From: a virus
Taxonomy: Duplodnaviria > Caudoviricetes
IMG/VR virus record: IMGVR_UViG_3300006224_000001
Location: 1 to 50,145 of that record
DNA: 50,145 nucleotides
Reading direction: 5' to 3' (one strand)
The notes beneath the pieces were generated by a model. That model searched no databases and was not told the origin of the DNA. It saw only the letters and a list, made by a program, of their open reading frames with translations. Of this stretch, positions 26,506 to 36,469 are shown piece by piece (position 1 is the stretch's first letter; every line of letters starts with the position of its first letter). A program made the translations under genes and the position numbers.

Positions 26506-26823
26506 ATGAAACCAGGCACAATCCAACTCGGCAATGCTTCCTTGCACATCAGTTACCCACAGATTGTGCCAGGGAATCTTCGGGGATTTTCAAGGGAGAT
26601 AACCGAGTTCTTTGTACCTGAAGAGTTTAGAGGTAATGGTGAGGGAACAGAGTTACTTAAAGATGTCTGCGACCAAGCTGATGCAGAGCATATTCTGCTT
26701 TTACTGATCGCAGACACCGAAAAGATGGCAATGTATTACGGACGGTTCGGATTTGTTGCGATTCAGGATAAGCCAATCTTGATGGTAAGAAGCCCGAAGA
26801 GTGAGTTAATTAGCATCCACTAA
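26506..26823 (+). CDS. GNAT-family acetyltransferase-like protein
   Basis: FVPEEFRGNGEGTELL (motif A) and YYGRFGF. Confidence 0.8.
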   Translation: MKPGTIQLGNASLHISYPQIVPGNLRGFSREITEFFVPEEFRGNGEGTELLKDVCDQADAEHILLLLIADTEKMAMYYGRFGFVAIQDKPILMVRSPKSELISIH

Positions 26824-26869
26824 TATTCGAATGTAGTACTCTAACGCTGTGATAGCGCCGAGGATTCAA

Positions 26870-29209
26870 ATGGAAGATGACAGCGCAATAGAAGTAGAAG
26901 ACACTGGCGACCGCGATATTATCGCAGAGGCTCACGAAAGATGGGAGCGAGCTGAGAACGCCTATCGAACGACTCGCCAACTTGCTATTGCTGACACTCA
27001 GTTTGCTATGGGTGACTCTGATAATATGTGGCAATGGCCTTCCGAGGTGTCCTCTTCCAGAATTGGTGATCGCCGTGTATGTCTGACGATTAACCTCACA
27101 GCTCAGCACTGTAACCAGATTATTAATCAGATCAGACAGAATCGCCCCGCTTGTCGGGTGATGCCTGTTGATGATTACTCAGACAAAAAGACCGCAGAAA
27201 TCCTGGCCGGTCTTATCCGTAACATCCAATCTACAAGCAACGCTGATGATGCTCATGATATAGCGGCTGAACATGCGATTTATGGCGGTGAGGGATATTG
27301 GAGGGTACTAACTGATTACGAGTCTCCTGCTTCGTTTAATCAGGTCATTAAGATCAAGTCTATCGCTAATCCGTTCTTGGTTTATATCGACCCCGATGCT
27401 ATCGAGCCAGACAAGTCGGATGCCGAGTGGGGATTCATCTTTGAAGACGTTCGCAAAGAAACCATTAAGCGTGAATATCCAGAACTCAAGAACGATATTT
27501 CAAGCTGGAATCTCGACAAGAAAACGCAATGGGTGACTGAGGATACAGTTCGTATTGCTGAATACTATTGCGTTGAGTACGTTAAAGACAAAGCCATTCT
27601 TCTTTCTGATGGAACTTCGCTATTGGAAAGTAAATTAGATGATGGTGTTGTACGTGATGGCATGATGCTTGTTAACGAATTATCAGGACAAACAATCGAA
27701 ATCATCAAAGAGCGTGATACATTCCGCAAACAGTGGAAATGGTACAAGCTTATTGGGAAACATTCAAAGCCGGTAGATTCTCGTGATTGGCCGGGGGAAT
27801 ACTTACCTATCATTGCTGTGGTAGGCAAAGAGGTAAACGTAAACGGTGAAATTATCCGCAAAGGTATCGTCAGGGACTTGAAAGACCCAGCGCGGATGAC
27901 GAACTACGCCTATTCCGAGACTGTACAGGCTATCGCGCTACAGAACAAAATCCCTTATCTTGCTGCGGCAGATTCGATTGAAGGCTATGAGACTGATTGG
28001 GCGAACGCAAATATAAGCAATAAGGCTTATCTTCCTTTTAATGCTTATGACGACGAAGGCAATCCTCTACCGAAACCAGAACGGCAACAGCCTGCCGTAA
28101 TGCCTGCCGCACAGATTCAGCTTTTGCAACTCTCCACGGAAGAGATGCGGGCATCTTCAGGCCAACAGAATGCGAACTTTGGGATTAAGTCAGAAGCTTC
28201 GAGCGGTGTAGGTATTCAACGACTGAAGGCTCAAGGCGAAATCGCAACATTCCATTTTCCTGATAACTTGGCTCGTGGTCTTAAATATGAGGCTGTAGTT
28301 CTAATCGACCTCATCCAGAAGGTTTACGACACTAAGCGGGTAGTTCGAGTGCTTGGTTTGGATGGAAACATGGAACATGCCGTCCTTGACCCGAATCATC
28401 CAGAGGCCTATGGAGAACAGCAAACGACCGCCGATGACATCCAAAAGATATTCAATCCATCTTTGGGGCAATATGATGTAGTAATCGATACTGGCCCATC
28501 ATTCCAGACTCAACGGCAGGAAGGTTATGCATCGATGATGGAACTCGCCTCCCGTAATCCTGCTTTGATGCAGATCGCTGGGGATATCATCATGAGAAAT
28601 GCTGATTATCCAGGCGCAGACAAGATCGCCGACCGTTTGGCTAAAGCTCTACCTCCTAACCTTCAGGAACAAAAAGGCGGAACAGAACAACAACTAGCCC
28701 AAGTCAGCCAGCAAGCCATGCAGATGCAGCAACAAATGCAGATGATGAGCCAACAGCTTCAAGAGACTCAGGCCGCACTGCAACAAGCCGAGAGCGGAGC
28801 GCAAAAGACCCAGCTTGAAATGCAATACAAGATGCAATTGGCAGAGTTTGAATCTCAAGTTGAAGAACAGAAACAAGTTCGAGCGTTAGAGGCTGAATTC
28901 AGGATTGAAGCATATCGTTCTCAACTAGAAGACCAGCGCCGTCAACGCGAGATTCAGGCAGAACTGTATAAAGCAGAGCAGGAAGCCAAGGCCAAACGCG
29001 AAGCCGAAGGGATTGCCATGGCTGGTGAGCTAGCTCGTTCTCATCAAGAATCATGCAAGGAAGTCCAGATAGCAGACATGAACAACCAAAGCCGCGAAGA
29101 TATTGCAGAACTGAATGCGGTTGTTGAACTTGCCAAGGCTGGAATGGAAAACGCCGCACTGACTGCTGACGTTAATAAAGACCTGAAAGACGAGGGGAAT
29201 AATGCCTAA
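26870..29209 (+). CDS. P22-like portal protein
   Basis: QWP, RP/CLTIN, GIVR.LKDP.R..NY, SG..I and G.YDV.IDTGPSF.TQR motifs; long C-terminal coiled coil. GAGGA RBS favours the ATG at 26870. Confidence 0.93.
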   Translation: MEDDSAIEVEDTGDRDIIAEAHERWERAENAYRTTRQLAIADTQFAMGDSDNMWQWPSEVSSSRIGDRRVCLTINLTAQHCNQIINQIRQNRPACRVMPVDDYSDKKTAEILAGLIRNIQSTSNADDAHDIAAEHAIYGGEGYWRVLTDYESPASFNQVIKIKSIANPFLVYIDPDAIEPDKSDAEWGFIFEDVRKETIKREYPELKNDISSWNLDKKTQWVTEDTVRIAEYYCVEYVKDKAILLSDGTSLLESKLDDGVVRDGMMLVNELSGQTIEIIKERDTFRKQWKWYKLIGKHSKPVDSRDWPGEYLPIIAVVGKEVNVNGEIIRKGIVRDLKDPARMTNYAYSETVQAIALQNKIPYLAAADSIEGYETDWANANISNKAYLPFNAYDDEGNPLPKPERQQPAVMPAAQIQLLQLSTEEMRASSGQQNANFGIKSEASSGVGIQRLKAQGEIATFHFPDNLARGLKYEAVVLIDLIQKVYDTKRVVRVLGLDGNMEHAVLDPNHPEAYGEQQTTADDIQKIFNPSLGQYDVVIDTGPSFQTQRQEGYASMMELASRNPALMQIAGDIIMRNADYPGADKIADRLAKALPPNLQEQKGGTEQQLAQVSQQAMQMQQQMQMMSQQLQETQAALQQAESGAQKTQLEMQYKMQLAEFESQVEEQKQVRALEAEFRIEAYRSQLEDQRRQREIQAELYKAEQEAKAKREAEGIAMAGELARSHQESCKEVQIADMNNQSREDIAELNAVVELAKAGMENAALTADVNKDLKDEGNNA

Positions 29210-30665
29210 CGCTCTTTCTAGATTGGTTGAAGATAGACGCGCAAAACTGGCGCGTGAAATGTCTCATCTAAATTCTAGAGGACAAGGCGAAAGCATAGAC
29301 ACAATGCGGGCAAACGCTATAGCCAGATTGAAAGCAGCGCCAGGACAGGCCGCGCAGGGAATGTTTACCGGAATTGCAGGAGCTCCGGTAGACATAGCAA
29401 ACATGGCATTGCGCCCGTTTGGACTAGGCTCTGAAAATCCGGTAGGCGGGTCTAACTCTCTTGCCAAAATGATTAACGCCGATACCCAAAGTACTCCATA
29501 CCAAGTAGGTACGATGCTACCTATAAGCCCTACTGATGTAGCTCAGGGATTGCCGTTAATGGCCGGGATATTCGCAGGCCGTGGTGCAAAGACTGCTAAC
29601 CTTTCCGCATTGGTTAAAGCCGAAGAAATGGCAAAGGCTGGCATTCCTGACGCACAAATATGGAAAGAAACAGGCTGGACACTGAATACGCCGGACAAGA
29701 TGCCGAGGTTTGAGATACCGGATAATCGAATGATGTACCGTGGCACTCAAAACGGAAGCTACGCAGATCAAGTAATTCATCATCCTGAATTATTCGGAGC
29801 ATATCCGCAATTAGGCGGCGGAAGGATACGAGAAGTTGCTGGAACTGGCGGTTCGTATGCAGATCATCCTATGGGAGGCATGGGAACTATAGAGTTAGGT
29901 ACTGATGGGTTTGTTGCTGATACTGCTGCGCATGAACTGCAACACGCCATACAATCGCGCGAAGGGTTCGCTAGGGGCGGGAGTCCTGAGATGTTTAACC
30001 AAGCAGGAGACGCAGAACTAGCTAAAGACGCACTATCATGGAAGCAAGAGCTTTTGCGGAAGCGTGCCGAAATGCCTAATGCTGATTGGATTGCGGTTGA
30101 AAATGCAGCAGTTCAAGACTATCAAAAGATGGGAATGATGGACATGTTGCCGAGCAGAGAAGCGCGAGATTTAGCGCGTCAACCGGCCGTTTTGCACCCT
30201 GATAAATATCCGAACCAGACAGACCTGCAAGATTTGGAAGGACTCGTTTCAATGTACGGGCTGGATAAACGAACATCGCCAGCAAAGCCGGTGGATTTAT
30301 ACAATCGCCTAGCCGGAGAAGCCGAAGCCCGCCTAACTCAATCACGCATGAACCTAACCCCAGAGCAACGCCTAGCCCAATATCCATATGAGCCGCAATA
30401 CTTCGAGCAAGCAACAGGCGTACCGCTGAGTAGCTTGATTGTGCGTAAAGAAGGTGGCAACGCCATGAGCATACCAGAAAATGAAAACGCCATGACAAGA
30501 CTAATCCGCGAAGCCCAAGCCCAAATAGACGCAGAGAACGCAGCTAAGAACTTGATACGCTATCAGCCAGAATCGCATCGTGTTAGGAATGCGCTGATTG
30601 GGTTGGGTGCTGGAGGTGCTGGGGTAGCTGGTGGATATTATGGGGCGGATTATTTGAGTAGGTGA
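29202..30665 (+). CDS. LPD23-like domain plus zincin (HExxH) protein, probable internal virion protein
   Basis: IWKETGW...D..PRFEI.D, HPELF.AYP.L, HELQHAIQ..EGFARGG and Y.RLAGEAEAR motifs. Confidence 0.8.
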   Translation: MPNALSRLVEDRRAKLAREMSHLNSRGQGESIDTMRANAIARLKAAPGQAAQGMFTGIAGAPVDIANMALRPFGLGSENPVGGSNSLAKMINADTQSTPYQVGTMLPISPTDVAQGLPLMAGIFAGRGAKTANLSALVKAEEMAKAGIPDAQIWKETGWTLNTPDKMPRFEIPDNRMMYRGTQNGSYADQVIHHPELFGAYPQLGGGRIREVAGTGGSYADHPMGGMGTIELGTDGFVADTAAHELQHAIQSREGFARGGSPEMFNQAGDAELAKDALSWKQELLRKRAEMPNADWIAVENAAVQDYQKMGMMDMLPSREARDLARQPAVLHPDKYPNQTDLQDLEGLVSMYGLDKRTSPAKPVDLYNRLAGEAEARLTQSRMNLTPEQRLAQYPYEPQYFEQATGVPLSSLIVRKEGGNAMSIPENENAMTRLIREAQAQIDAENAAKNLIRYQPESHRVRNALIGLGAGGAGVAGGYYGADYLSR

Positions 30666-30857
30666 TTATTCATCTTCGTCTTCATATTCATCTGTAAATG
30701 AAAGATGATGGCCTTTATGCTCAAAAAGGAATGATTCTAGCCTTTTAAGAGCTTCGTCACTTTTCCACAACTTATCTCCATAAGAAATACTTCCTGATGC
30801 GATAGTCTCTACTCTCTTATTGCAGTCATTGCAAACCAAATGGTAATCAGTGCTCAT
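30666..30857 (-). CDS. Hypothetical zinc-binding protein
   Basis: MSTDY.L.C.DC...FL.EH.GH motif. Confidence 0.65.
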   Translation of the reverse strand: MSTDYHLVCNDCNKRVETIASGSISYGDKLWKSDEALKRLESFLFEHKGHHLSFTDEYEDEDE

Positions 30858-31054
30858 TATTTATACTCCAAATGATATCCAGGGTGCACAAAGGAATTCA
30901 CAATCTTAGCCTGCCCGTAATCTTTGCGAAACTTCCGGATAGCGGCATTCATATCAACATCTTCAACTTCGCATTGGCGGATTGGTGATAATTGGGCAAG
31001 ATGGTTTAGATCGTTCGGTTTTGTTTCTGGCATATAGGTGAATATGAATTTCAC
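30857..31054 (-). CDS. Hypothetical protein
   Basis: Coupled ORF in the inverted cassette. Confidence 0.55.
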   Translation of the reverse strand: MKFIFTYMPETKPNDLNHLAQLSPIRQCEVEDVDMNAAIRKFRKDYGQAKIVNSFVHPGYHLEYK

Positions 31055-31245
31055 TTCAACTTCTCCCCATAAGGCGGCAACCCCATAGCAAACGCAGAAG
31101 CCGCTAGAGCGATGTTTTTAGGGATTGGGAATCCTAGTACCTCGTAATTGTAAATAGACCGCTGAGAGCATCCTAGAGCCTCTGCGGTGGCTATTTTGGT
31201 GAGGCGGAAACGCTTGCGGAAGGTGATTAGGTCGGATTGGGTCAT
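31051..31245 (-). CDS. XRE-like HTH protein
   Basis: MTQSDL..FRKRF.LTK...AEALGCS.RSI.NYE...PIP..IALA motif. Confidence 0.8.
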   Translation of the reverse strand: MTQSDLITFRKRFRLTKIATAEALGCSQRSIYNYEVLGFPIPKNIALAASAFAMGLPPYGEKLK

Positions 31246-31493
31246 TCGATTGTCTTTGTAAGAAAAATAGGGGCAGGGCGTTGAATTGCGGTTATATGGC
31301 ACAGCATTTCAAACTGTTTGGCTAGTTGGGCGTTGAGTAAGGTATTTTCTTGCTGGTGACGTTCGTGCATATCTCGTATTTCACGCCTCAGCGATTCAAT
31401 CTTTTCTGCCGCCTCAAGTTCAATATCGCCATGCCATGCGTATTCGTCATACTTATGTGCGCGCTCACGCAATCTATCAACAATATCAGCCAT
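31242..31493 (-). CDS. Hypothetical protein (DIVDRLR...EAA..IE.LR family)
   Basis: GAGG RBS; common phage motif. Confidence 0.7.
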   Translation of the reverse strand: MADIVDRLRERAHKYDEYAWHGDIELEAAEKIESLRREIRDMHERHQQENTLLNAQLAKQFEMLCHITAIQRPAPIFLTKTIE

Positions 31494-31593
31494 ATATCAC
31501 CTCTTAAATAACGCCTAAATATTAGCATATTTTCCTTAATTCGTGTATTCAATCGGCAAAAATAGACAATATCTATATAAATCAGCATTATAC

Positions 31594-31622
31594 TTGCATA
31601 CATTAGAAATGTCTGATATTCT
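31594..31622 (+). promoter_or_regulatory. Scaffold/coat promoter with ATTAG-N6-CTGAT in its spacer
   Basis: TTGCAT-17-TATTCT; palindrome at 31602-31617. Confidence 0.65.
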
Positions 31623-31698
31623 AATACTAAGGAATACCAAATATTCCTTGCCAATGGAGGCATCCCTTGCCTAATTCCGTGAGGAACTGGAGATGTAA

Positions 31699-32553
31699 AT
31701 GAGCGAAAGCCAAGACGCAGTACAAGTAGCAGAACAAGCAACACAAGAAGCGCAAGAAATTGCGAATCAGAATCAAGAAACAGAAGCACTTGAAGCCGCA
31801 CAAGACAAAACGGCGACTGATGAGACGGCGACTGAGGCTGACTCACAAGAAAAAGACACTCAGGCGGATGAAAAGAAGTTCACTCAAACCGAGTTGGACG
31901 ATATCATCAAGAAACGAATTGCGAAGGCCTCGGCCATAGCGGAGAGAAAAGCAGCAAAGGCTTATGCGGAAAAACTTGAGCAGCTTGCAGTTAAGCCTCA
32001 AGAACAACGCCAAGCAGCGACAGTAGAAGGTAAACCAAAACTTGAGCAGTTTGAGAAGGTTGAGGATTATGTCGAAGCTGTAGCTGACTGGAAGTTGAAA
32101 ACCGCACAGCAAGAGCAGTCCCGTCAGTACGAAGCACAGAGAGTTAAACAGGCTCAAAGCGAAGTCCAGGCAAAGGCGCAGAGTGTATTTGAACTCGCCG
32201 AGCAAGACCCTGAATTTGACAATGAAGTGTTTGAGGCTCTGCCAGTGTCCGACCCTATGGCTTATGCCATTATGGATAGTGATATTGCTCCTAAACTGAT
32301 GGTGTACTTGCAAAAGAATCCGGAAGAAGTAGATCGGATTAATAAGCTCTCTCCTGCAAGGCAAGCGGCTGAAATCGGAAAGATGGAAGCTAAACTTTCC
32401 GTGGTTGAAAAGGTTAAACCGTCTAGCGCACCTGCACCGATTAAGCCTGTTGGCAGTCGGGGCGGCGCACCAAGCGGAAACCCTGCTGAAATGACCCAGG
32501 CCCAATATGAGGCGTTCAGGGCGAAGCAGGGGGCTTCTTGGGCAAGACGATAG
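31699..32553 (+). CDS. Scaffolding protein
   Basis: Acidic helical protein with FTQ.ELD.II.KR, P.LEQF...EDY, LSP.RQA.EIGK.E and SAPAPI.P; directly upstream of the coat gene. Confidence 0.88.
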   Translation: MSESQDAVQVAEQATQEAQEIANQNQETEALEAAQDKTATDETATEADSQEKDTQADEKKFTQTELDDIIKKRIAKASAIAERKAAKAYAEKLEQLAVKPQEQRQAATVEGKPKLEQFEKVEDYVEAVADWKLKTAQQEQSRQYEAQRVKQAQSEVQAKAQSVFELAEQDPEFDNEVFEALPVSDPMAYAIMDSDIAPKLMVYLQKNPEEVDRINKLSPARQAAEIGKMEAKLSVVEKVKPSSAPAPIKPVGSRGGAPSGNPAEMTQAQYEAFRAKQGASWARR

Positions 32554-32599
32554 TTATTTTTGATTAACTCATATGCCGTGAGGCTTTAGGAGAAAAAAC

Positions 32600-33817
32600 A
32601 TGAGTAATACCCTTGCAACATCGGCGATTGTCGCCAAAGAAGCACTTGCCATTCTGAAAAACAATCTCGGTTTCGCTCAGAACGTGAACCGTAATTGGGA
32701 AGATGAATTCGGCGGGAACATGGGGCGTGGTTATGAGCCGGGCCAAACGATCAACATCCGAAAACCTCCGCGTTATACCTATCGTGATGGCCGCGTAGCT
32801 GTTCCTCAAGCTACTACCGTTTCGACTGTTCCGCTGACTCTCTCTCAGGGTGGATGTGATATCAGCTTTACCAGCGCAGAGCGTACTGTGTCTATTTCGA
32901 CGCAACGTCTGCAAGAAGTGGTTGAAGCCGCGATGAATCCTGTATTGAACGAAATCGACCGCCGTGGTCTGGAATTGGCACGTTATGCTACCTTTAACGC
33001 GCTCAATCCAACTTATGCCGCGCCCAATACCGCCGCTCTGGCAATGGCCGCTGCAACTGGCGTAAATCGTCGTTTGGATGAAATGGCCGCGCCGAAACAA
33101 AATGACGGTAAGCGTTCAATGGCTTTGAATCCAGGTCTGAATGCTAACTTCATTACCGGCTTCTCTGGTCTGTTCAATAACGCTGCCACTATCGGTAAGC
33201 AATACGACTCCGGCGTGATGGTAAATGCGATTGGTATCAAGTATTTCATGGACCAAAACATTTCCACTCATACCAATGGCGCAGGTACAGCATCGAACGT
33301 GAATGGTGCAAACCAAACTGGTTCGACGATCACTGTAGCAGCTACTGGTGCAGGCACAATCACTCGCGGCACTCGCATCACTCTACCGGGTGTATTTGCA
33401 GTCAATCCTGTATCTCGTCAAAGCACTGGTGTATTGATGGACTTCATCATCACTGCTGACGTTCCTGTAGGTTCAACATCGCTGCCGATTTCTCCGGCTA
33501 TCGTGACTACTGGCGCATTCCAGAACGTAACTGCTTCGCCGACTACCGGCCAGCCGTTTGTTATCTTTGGTGCGGCTTCTACTAGCTATGCGTGTAACGT
33601 CGGTTATCATCGCGATGCCTTTACTTTGGCTTGTGTTCCGATGGCTGCTGTTCCGGCTGGTACTGGCGCGAAGTCTTATGTTGCAACTGACAATAACCTG
33701 TCGGTTCGTGTAACTGAGGGCTTCGACATCACCAATGACAACAGCATCACTCGTATTGATGTGTTGTACGGTTACGCTGCTACTTACCCGGAATTGGCTT
33801 GCGTTTACGCAATCTAA
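32600..33817 (+). CDS. Major capsid protein (P22 gp5-like)
   Basis: EAL.IL.NNL, GQTINIRKPPRY, GVFAVNP.SRQSTG and RIDVLYG....PELA motifs. Confidence 0.95.
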   Translation: MSNTLATSAIVAKEALAILKNNLGFAQNVNRNWEDEFGGNMGRGYEPGQTINIRKPPRYTYRDGRVAVPQATTVSTVPLTLSQGGCDISFTSAERTVSISTQRLQEVVEAAMNPVLNEIDRRGLELARYATFNALNPTYAAPNTAALAMAAATGVNRRLDEMAAPKQNDGKRSMALNPGLNANFITGFSGLFNNAATIGKQYDSGVMVNAIGIKYFMDQNISTHTNGAGTASNVNGANQTGSTITVAATGAGTITRGTRITLPGVFAVNPVSRQSTGVLMDFIITADVPVGSTSLPISPAIVTTGAFQNVTASPTTGQPFVIFGAASTSYACNVGYHRDAFTLACVPMAAVPAGTGAKSYVATDNNLSVRVTEGFDITNDNSITRIDVLYGYAATYPELACVYAI

Positions 33818-33822
33818 AAATA

Positions 33823-33846
33823 CCTCGGCGGTTAATTCTGCCGAGG
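33823..33846 (+). other. Intergenic hairpin after the coat gene (no U-tract)
   Basis: CCTCGGC/GCCGAGG stem. Confidence 0.55.
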
Positions 33847-33871
33847 ATTAACGAAATTTAAGGAGAACAAC

Positions 33872-34594
33872 ATGGCTGTTTATCTTTTGCAATCTTATGG
33901 TGGCTTTCCGGCTTCCGCAACAAATCCGGTAATCTTCCCGCCTTCCACTGAGGCGGCATTGATTGCTGATGGTCGCGCAACTGCTGCTGGTATTACCAGT
34001 GGTGAAAATACTCGTGGTGGCCCCGGCTACTTCGCAACCCAAGGCGGCAATAAGGCAATGGTTGACCAAGCTGGTCTTGGCCGTGATGTAGCCAACGTCA
34101 ATAAAGCGCCGTTGATTTCGACGGCTATCCCGATGGGTTCGCTGGCTTTGACAAGCTACGAAACCAACGGCACAGCCCCAACTGCTGGCACGATGTACCT
34201 GACCGAAATCAACATCTATGCGGCTCAGACCTATACCGGCATTGGCGTATTGAACGGCACGACTGTCGGAACTGATAACCATCTGGTGGCTTTGTATGGC
34301 GCTGATGGCACTTTGCTGGCTAACTCTGCTGTGGCTGGCGCTTTGTCGGCTGGCGCTTCGGCTTGGCAAGATCGGGCCTTTACTGCGCCGATTACGCTGA
34401 TTCCAGGTCGTTACTTCCTCGGCGTTCAATCCAATGGCACGACTGCTACTTTGCGCCATCTGGAAACCGCTCTGGGTGCGACTAACAGCACTGGTGCACA
34501 AGCTGGTACGTTCGGCACTGTGCCTGCGACATTGACGACCGTTCCTGTGACGATCACCAATGCGCAGGGCGTGATTTCGAGATTATACGTCTAA
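33872..34594 (+). CDS. Putative capsid decoration protein
   Basis: Directly after the coat gene with an AAGGAG RBS; A/G/T-rich beta composition. Confidence 0.6.
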   Translation: MAVYLLQSYGGFPASATNPVIFPPSTEAALIADGRATAAGITSGENTRGGPGYFATQGGNKAMVDQAGLGRDVANVNKAPLISTAIPMGSLALTSYETNGTAPTAGTMYLTEINIYAAQTYTGIGVLNGTTVGTDNHLVALYGADGTLLANSAVAGALSAGASAWQDRAFTAPITLIPGRYFLGVQSNGTTATLRHLETALGATNSTGAQAGTFGTVPATLTTVPVTITNAQGVISRLYV

Positions 34595-34612
34595 TCAGTA
34601 ACTTAGCATTGC

Positions 34613-34639
34613 CTGCCCATTCTTCGGAGTGGGCAGTTT
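34613..34639 (+). terminator. Hairpin with C(UUCG)G tetraloop, probable terminator
   Basis: CTGCCCATTC-TTCG-GAGTGGGCAG-TTT. Confidence 0.7.
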
Positions 34640-34665
34640 AAGCTGAATTACAAAAGGACAAAGAC

Positions 34666-34944
34666 ATGGCCGCGAATCAAACCCAAATCATGCTGAAAGG
34701 GATTATCCCTGATGGTACTCCGCTGGCAGTAGCCGTTCCAGTTACTATGCAGCTTCCTGGCTCTATCACTCTTAAATCTGCTGCCGCTGGGCGATTGATT
34801 GAGCTTTCGACTGATGGAGGTGTCGAATACTTCACCCCATCACTTGATATTCAATCAGCAACAATGCAGATTGTTGTTGTGAATTCTCCCATTACTCATT
34901 TCCGAGTGACAGGCGCTGCTGCTGATACTTATTTGGTGAGTTAA
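34666..34944 (+). CDS. Putative small virion protein
   Basis: IELSTDGG.EY and THFRVTG beta-sandwich pattern. Confidence 0.6.
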   Translation: MAANQTQIMLKGIIPDGTPLAVAVPVTMQLPGSITLKSAAAGRLIELSTDGGVEYFTPSLDIQSATMQIVVVNSPITHFRVTGAAADTYLVS

Positions 34945-34945
34945 T

Positions 34946-35392
34946 ATGGCCTATCCTAACGTTAGCTCCGACCCGTCTTCTAAATCGCCAGTCGCCAAGG
35001 TAATGACCAATGGCGATACGATCTTTACCGTAACTGGTGATATTCTGGTTTTTGGCCTTGCATCTGAGTGCTACACAGCAAACGGCGCTACCGCTTCAAC
35101 GCTTCAATATCAGGTAGTGAATGCAAACGGAACAACTACTATTAGCGGAGCTTCGGCAAGTCTGGCGAATGCTGCTATTGGGGTGAGCGTGATTGCTCAA
35201 TTAGGCGCATTGGCAAATGCTCCGGTTGTATCGTCTGCGTCTGGCGTTGGTGTGTTTCCGTGGGGTGCGGTACGCGTTCCAGGAGGCAGTACGATTCGCA
35301 TCGTAATTGGCGTGGGAGCCACGACAGGAACGTGGAAGCATTACCTCACATATAAACGTTTTGAGCCAGGCGCATTCGTAACGGCAAATTAA
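34946..35392 (+). CDS. Putative virion protein
   Basis: IFTVTG...W...Y...EPGA.V pattern within the structural block. Confidence 0.6.
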   Translation: MAYPNVSSDPSSKSPVAKVMTNGDTIFTVTGDILVFGLASECYTANGATASTLQYQVVNANGTTTISGASASLANAAIGVSVIAQLGALANAPVVSSASGVGVFPWGAVRVPGGSTIRIVIGVGATTGTWKHYLTYKRFEPGAFVTAN

Positions 35393-35404
35393 TGGTATCC
35401 ACTA

Positions 35405-36415
35405 ATGGCATACCCCGAACAAAATATAAACGGGTTCAAAGACCATTATGGTACGCAACAATATATTGCGCCTAATGGCGAATTGGTATCTGTTCCGCTT
35501 TATAAACTGATCGGTGATGTCTTTACTGGTACAACATTAGATACTAATTTCTGGACTATAAGCACAGGAACTGGCGGGGCGGCTAGTATTATTGCTGGTG
35601 AATTAATATTAGATACAGGAACAACAGCTAATAACGCAACAGAAATTACATCGGTTAGAACAGCAAGGTTTTCTGGCCTTGCTCCAAATAAAATAAGAAT
35701 TGTAGTTCAATTGCCAGATACAGGAGTTGCGAACAACTCTAGGCATTGGGGGATGGGAGTATTTAACGGCTCAATCATAACGAGCGGCGCTGTGTTCCAA
35801 ATGAACGGAACAAATTTTGAACTAGTTACTTATAAAGCTGGAGTTGCGGCTACTATTGCCAATGGAACTTTCAACGGGCAATATGGGAAAACGTTTGCCC
35901 CTGGCCTAAATTCTCATTTCTACGAAATTATCTACCAGCCCAGACAAGTAATCTGGCTGGCTGATAATAAAATAATTCATACGCTGTCTGCCGCATCTAT
36001 TACATGGACTGATGAATATCACTTACCTATTCACATGGGATGTGAAAATAGCGGTGGGCTTGCCCAAAGCGTAACAATGAAATCAAGAATTGCCACAGTA
36101 GCCAGATTTGGCATTTCAGACATGCTCCCGACTTCCGCGTTTATTAGCGGGCTTAATGCGGGACAGATTCTTAAAAATACACCGGGGAATATACATAGCA
36201 TAACATTTGGAGCAATTACAAATAATGCCGTAGTGACGTTTTATGATACAGCGACACTTCCAATACCGGTAGGAGCTAGGGTTATTTGGTCAACTGGTGG
36301 AATGGCAAGCAACACGGTTCCATTCGATATTGCAGGAGATAAATCGCCTTTTCATATTGGATTAACGATAGCAATTACAGTGGCTTCCGCAAATGCGTGG
36401 GTTAAGTATGAGTAA
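35405..36415 (+). CDS. Putative virion protein with lectin-like beta-sandwich
   Basis: D.FTGTTLDT..W and H.YEI.......W..D....H patterns. Confidence 0.55.
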   Translation: MAYPEQNINGFKDHYGTQQYIAPNGELVSVPLYKLIGDVFTGTTLDTNFWTISTGTGGAASIIAGELILDTGTTANNATEITSVRTARFSGLAPNKIRIVVQLPDTGVANNSRHWGMGVFNGSIITSGAVFQMNGTNFELVTYKAGVAATIANGTFNGQYGKTFAPGLNSHFYEIIYQPRQVIWLADNKIIHTLSAASITWTDEYHLPIHMGCENSGGLAQSVTMKSRIATVARFGISDMLPTSAFISGLNAGQILKNTPGNIHSITFGAITNNAVVTFYDTATLPIPVGARVIWSTGGMASNTVPFDIAGDKSPFHIGLTIAITVASANAWVKYE

Positions 36416-36469
36416 CGCCTCCCTCTAACGCTGTGAAGCGCTGAGGGAGTTTATGAATAAGAGGTTTGT

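Noticed and set aside
28680-28840. CAG/ATG-rich low-complexity stretch
   Set aside because: It encodes the Gln/Met-rich coiled-coil barrel normal for P22-type portals.
31843-34501. Long antisense ORFs (31843, 32564, 33848) in the capsid region
   Set aside because: These are shadow frames of well-supported plus-strand structural genes.
35390-35406. AATGG-tatcca-CTAAT as a fifth late operator
   Set aside because: The left half-site has two mismatches, there is no adjacent promoter or RNA hairpin, and it overlaps stop/start signals.
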